This document shows, piece after piece, positions 60,637 through 64,000 of a stretch of DNA of 64,000 nt (the first letter of the stretch is position 1; each line of letters opens with the position of its first letter). The DNA is taken from positions 4,128,001 through 4,192,000 of the forward strand of contig OY969695.1 in assembly GCA_963701965.1 (NCBI GenBank), given 5' to 3'. This stretch comes from an uncultured Gemmatimonadales bacterium. GTDB taxonomy: Bacteria; Gemmatimonadota; Gemmatimonadetes; Gemmatimonadales; Gemmatimonadaceae. The notes under the pieces were generated by a model. It did no database searches and had not been told where the DNA came from. It was given only the letters and a program-made list of their open reading frames with translations. A program made the position numbers and the translations under genes.

Positions 60637-61674
60637 GTGACAGGCGACGCCATCGTCGTCGGCGCGGGCATCGTGGGCGCGGCGTGCGCGTACTATTTGG
60701 CGCAGGAAGGATTCGCGGTCTCTGTCGTGGACGCCGGCAACATCGCGGGCGCCGCGACGTCCGCGGGCATGGGCCACGTGGTGGTGCTCGATGCATCGGA
60801 CGCGTTGTTCGCGCTGACCGCCTACTCCCAGCGCCTGCTCCGGGAGCTCGCTCCGAATGTCGTTCTCGAGCCGCGCGGCACGCTGTGGGTCGCCGAGGAC
60901 GATGCGCAGATGGAGACGGCGCGCGCCAAGCGCGACGCCTATGTCGCGCGCGGTATCGGCGCCGCGGTACTGGACGCCCAAGCACTCCGCAATGCCGAGC
61001 CGGCGCTGCGCCCCGGTCTCGCCGGTGGGCTCTCCGTTCCGGGCGACATGGTCATCGATCCGCCGTTACTCGCCCGTTGGCTGCTCAATGGCGTGGCGGT
61101 GAAGGAGCACGCGCCGGTGAAGCGCCTGGCGGATCTCGAGGCTCAAGTCATCGTCAATGCGACGGGCGCGGCAGCGCCCGCGCTGACACCAGGCATACCG
61201 ATCACCCCGCGCAAAGGGCACTTGGTGATCGCCGAAGGCGCGGCGCATCTCTGCCGGCATCAGGTCGCGGAGCTGGGGTATGGCCACGACGCGGCCATTG
61301 CCTGCAACGTCCAGCCGCGGGCCACGGGACAGCTCCTCATTGGCGCGTCGCGCGAGAACGTCGGCTGGGATGCGTCGATCAATCAGGACCTCGTGGACCG
61401 GATGCTCCGGCGGGCCGCACATTTTCTGCCGTCAACCGGCCACATACTCGAAGAGGCCCGCACCCGCATCGGGTTCCGGCCCGCCACGCCGGACAATTTG
61501 CCGTTCATCGGCGCTTGGCCCGAGTCGCCATTTTGGATCGCGGCTGGCCACGAAGGATTTGGGATAACGACCGCGCTCGGCACCGGCCGCATCCTCGCGG
61601 ACCTCGTGCTGGGCCGGACGCCAGCGATCGATCCTGCCCCCTACCGGCCCTCCCGGGCGCGAGGAGCAATGTGA
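60637..61674 (+). CDS. FAD-dependent D-amino acid oxidoreductase (D-hydroxyproline dehydrogenase-like)
   Basis: IVVGAGIVG, ATSAGMGH, PRKGH, GFRPATPD, GHEG.GIT; gene context. Confidence 0.85.
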   Translation: MTGDAIVVGAGIVGAACAYYLAQEGFAVSVVDAGNIAGAATSAGMGHVVVLDASDALFALTAYSQRLLRELAPNVVLEPRGTLWVAEDDAQMETARAKRDAYVARGIGAAVLDAQALRNAEPALRPGLAGGLSVPGDMVIDPPLLARWLLNGVAVKEHAPVKRLADLEAQVIVNATGAAAPALTPGIPITPRKGHLVIAEGAAHLCRHQVAELGYGHDAAIACNVQPRATGQLLIGASRENVGWDASINQDLVDRMLRRAAHFLPSTGHILEEARTRIGFRPATPDNLPFIGAWPESPFWIAAGHEGFGITTALGTGRILADLVLGRTPAIDPAPYRPSRARGAM

Positions 61675-62576
61675 TGCAAGCCGCAAACTGGTCCGGCGTT
61701 CTTCCCGCGATCACCACGCCGTTCGATGCCGATGGGGCGATCGACGAGACGGCGCTCGCCGCCCACGTGCGGTGGATCCTGAGCGCCGGCTGCGACGCGA
61801 TCGTGGCGCTCGGCTCCCTCGGGGAAGGCGCGACGCTCCGGTTCGAGGAAAAGGTGCGGGTGCTGGAGATCTGCCGTTCCGCGACTGGAGCCGCGCCGCT
61901 CGTCGCCGGGATCAGCGGTCTCTCCACCGACGAGTGCGTCCGGCTCGCCCGCGCGGCCGAGCGGGCGGGCTGTGATGGGCTCATGGTGCTGCCACCCTAC
62001 GTCTATCGCGGGGATTGGCGCGAAACGGAAGCCCACTTCCACGCCGTGCTCGACGCGACGCCGCTCTCCTGTATGCTGTACAACAATCCCATCGCCTACG
62101 GGACCGATCTCTCGGCCGCGGACGTGGCGGCGCTCGCCGACCGGCACGCGAACGTGCACGCCGTGAAAGAGTCGAGCGGAGACGTGCGCCGCGTGACGGC
62201 ACTCCGGGCGGCACTCGGGCACCGGCTCGCGCTCCTGGCGGGGCTCGATGACATGATCCTGGAGGCGGTGGGGGTCGGCGCCGCCGGATGGGTGGCGGGG
62301 CTGGCCAACGCTTTGCCCGCCGAGTCGGTGCGCCTGTTCGAGTTGGCGCGGTCGGGTCAGATGCGGGAAGCGCTCGCGCTGTACGCGTGGTTCCTGCCGT
62401 TGCTGCGATTTGACACCGTGGTCAAGTTCGTCCAGCTCATCAAGCTCGTGCAGTTGGAGGTGGGCCGCGGCACGGAGTTCGTCCGCCCACCCCGCCTGCC
62501 GCTCGCGGGAGCCGAACGCGACGCCGCATTGGGCGTGATCCGCGAACGTCTTGACCGGCGGCCAAGCGCCAGGTAG
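61674..62576 (+). CDS. DHDPS-family protein (pyrroline-hydroxy-carboxylate deaminase-like)
   Basis: PAITTPF, GSLGE, MVLPP, LYNNP, VKESSGD, FVQLIKL; GAGGAG RBS. Confidence 0.88.
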   Translation: MQAANWSGVLPAITTPFDADGAIDETALAAHVRWILSAGCDAIVALGSLGEGATLRFEEKVRVLEICRSATGAAPLVAGISGLSTDECVRLARAAERAGCDGLMVLPPYVYRGDWRETEAHFHAVLDATPLSCMLYNNPIAYGTDLSAADVAALADRHANVHAVKESSGDVRRVTALRAALGHRLALLAGLDDMILEAVGVGAAGWVAGLANALPAESVRLFELARSGQMREALALYAWFLPLLRFDTVVKFVQLIKLVQLEVGRGTEFVRPPRLPLAGAERDAALGVIRERLDRRPSAR

Positions 62577-62820
62577 GCGCCACTCACGAGCCGCGGTGCA
62601 TGCCATAGACCCCACGCTCCTCGGCGCCGTGCTCGGCGTCGGTGGCGCGCTCGCCGGAAACCGGATGCTCGCGGGCATGCTATACGGGGTGAGTCCGGTC
62701 GACGCAATGACTTACGCAATCGTCATCGGGGGGCTGCTCTTGGTCGTCGTCGTGGCCTGCATTGTGCCGCCAACGCGAGCGACCCGCGTGGATCCACTCA
62801 CGAGCTTGCGTCCCGAGTAG
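62551..62820 (+). pseudogene. C-terminal fragment of a MacB/FtsX-type ABC permease
   Basis: LAGMLYGVSPVD...ACIVPPTRATRVDPLTSLRPE* is the family C-terminus; the rest of the gene is absent. Confidence 0.75.
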
Positions 62821-62841
62821 AGCACGATCTACATCTCAAGA

Positions 62842-63048
62842 ATGCCGACAAAGCTCGACAAGCCACTGAAACGCGAGATCATGATCGCGGACCAACCGCT
62901 GGTGCTGACATTGACGCCCGACGGCGTGTTGATGACCGAGAAAGGGCACCGGAAAGGCAAGATGTTCAGCTGGGCCGACCTGTGGAGCGGGGAGGCCGAC
63001 ATGCAGAGACAATTGCGCGCGTCTGTCGACGCGATGCGGAGGGGCTGA
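62842..63048 (+). CDS. Small hypothetical protein
   Basis: 68 aa, protein-like composition, TGATG coupling to the next gene. Confidence 0.7.
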   Translation: MPTKLDKPLKREIMIADQPLVLTLTPDGVLMTEKGHRKGKMFSWADLWSGEADMQRQLRASVDAMRRG

Positions 63049-63915
63049 TGCGATACCCGGCTACGAGGAGTGGCACGTTCGCCATAGGAGGCGATCTCCA
63101 AGCTTACCGACTCGGCTACGGCACCATGCGCCTGACAGGGCGCGGCATTCTGGGGCGAGCCGGCCAACCACGCCGAAGCGATCGCGGTCCTCCGTCGCGC
63201 GGTCGACCTTGGGATCAACCTACTGGATACGGCCGACTCCTACGGCCCGGAGGTCGCCGAGCGCTTGATCGCCGAAGCGCTCTACCCGTACCCCAAAGGG
63301 CTCATCATCGCCACCAAGGCGGGATTCCAACGGCCCGGCCCCGACAACTGGGTCATGGATGGACGGCCCGAGCACCTGCGCGCGGCGTGCGAGGGCAGCC
63401 TGCGCCGGCTTCGATTGGAGCGCATCGAGCTCTTTCAGCTGCATCGCATCGACCCGAAAGTCCCGCTCGACGATCAGATCGGGGCGCTCACCGATCTCCA
63501 GCGCGAAGGCCGCATCAAACACATCGGTCTCTCCGAAGTCGATGTCGATCAGATTGACGCGGTGCGGCGGTTGACCCCCATCGTCTCCGTGCAGAACCGG
63601 TATAATCTCACCGATCGGCAGTCGGAGCCGGTGCTCGATTACTGCGAGCGGGAAGGTTTGGCATTCCTTCCCTGGTTTCCGCTGGCGACGGGCAATCTGG
63701 CGAATTCCGGCGGACCGCTGTCGCGCGTGGCCGAGCGGCTCCAGGCGACACCCTCGCAGGTGGCGATCGCCTGGCTGCTCAAGCGGTCTCCGGTCATGCT
63801 GCCGATCCCCGGAACGTCCACGGTGAAGCACCTCGAAGAGAACACCGCCGCCGCGACGTTGGAGTTGGATGACGCGACGATGGAGGAGCTGGATCCGCAC
63901 TCCCTCCGGACTTAG
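63048..63915 (+). pseudogene. Aldo/keto reductase with a +1 frameshift near 63149
   Basis: RLGYGTMRLTG then, after removing one base, WGEP...DTADSYG, IATKAG, QLHRID, IGLSE, PIPGT; may be a sequencing error. Confidence 0.88.
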
Positions 63916-64000
63916 TCCGTCCGGATGGCGATGATGGGGTCGACCTGCGTCGCGCGCACCGCTGGCACCAGCGACGCGATGAGACCCGCCACGGTGAGCG
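63912..64000 (-). CDS. 3' end of a MacB/FtsX-type ABC permease (continues beyond window)
   Basis: Minus-strand translation LTVAGLIASLVPAVRATQVDPIIAIRTD*. Confidence 0.75.
   Translation of the reverse strand, partial: LTVAGLIASLVPAVRATQVDPIIAIRTD

Noticed and set aside
38769..64000. Genomic island integrated at the tRNA 3' end
   Set aside because: No integrase, and I saw no repeat of the tRNA 3' end in the window; adjacent genes look chromosomal

Overview
High-GC bacterial chromosomal window; gene content and order suggest a Gemmatimonadota-like organism (inference, no marker search run). The left half is mostly housekeeping: ppk1, a four-gene ECF sigma / CBM48 module, a complete phoBR-pstS-pstS-pstCABB-phoU-ppx locus, purine salvage, thiD, a trmH-pilD-(NBD1-only Clp ATPase)-HEXXH protein operon, lon, and ffh-rpsP-rimM-trmD-rplS-rnhB. 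At 38483-38807 there is a tRNA-Lys(UUU) gene, absent from the ORF track, whose anticodon is split by a 252-nt group I intron between positions 34 and 35. The intron has an intact IC3-like core and an internal guide sequence matched to the Lys anticodon loop; this is the best-supported unusual feature. The right half is accessory metabolism: a 3-keto-glycoside (DUF1080/GMC/Gfo) cluster, a sugar ABC transporter coupled to a PQQ dehydrogenase with the lanthanide-type DYD motif plus cytochrome c, a hydroxyproline catabolic trio, and several frameshifted or deleted genes. Other leads: a candidate alpha-glucan trans-envelope signalling system, a shared candidate Pho box before both pstS genes, and repeated TANNNT hexamers 6-8 nt before start codons, suggesting leaderless mRNAs. 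No CRISPR array, integrase, transposase or rRNA was seen.
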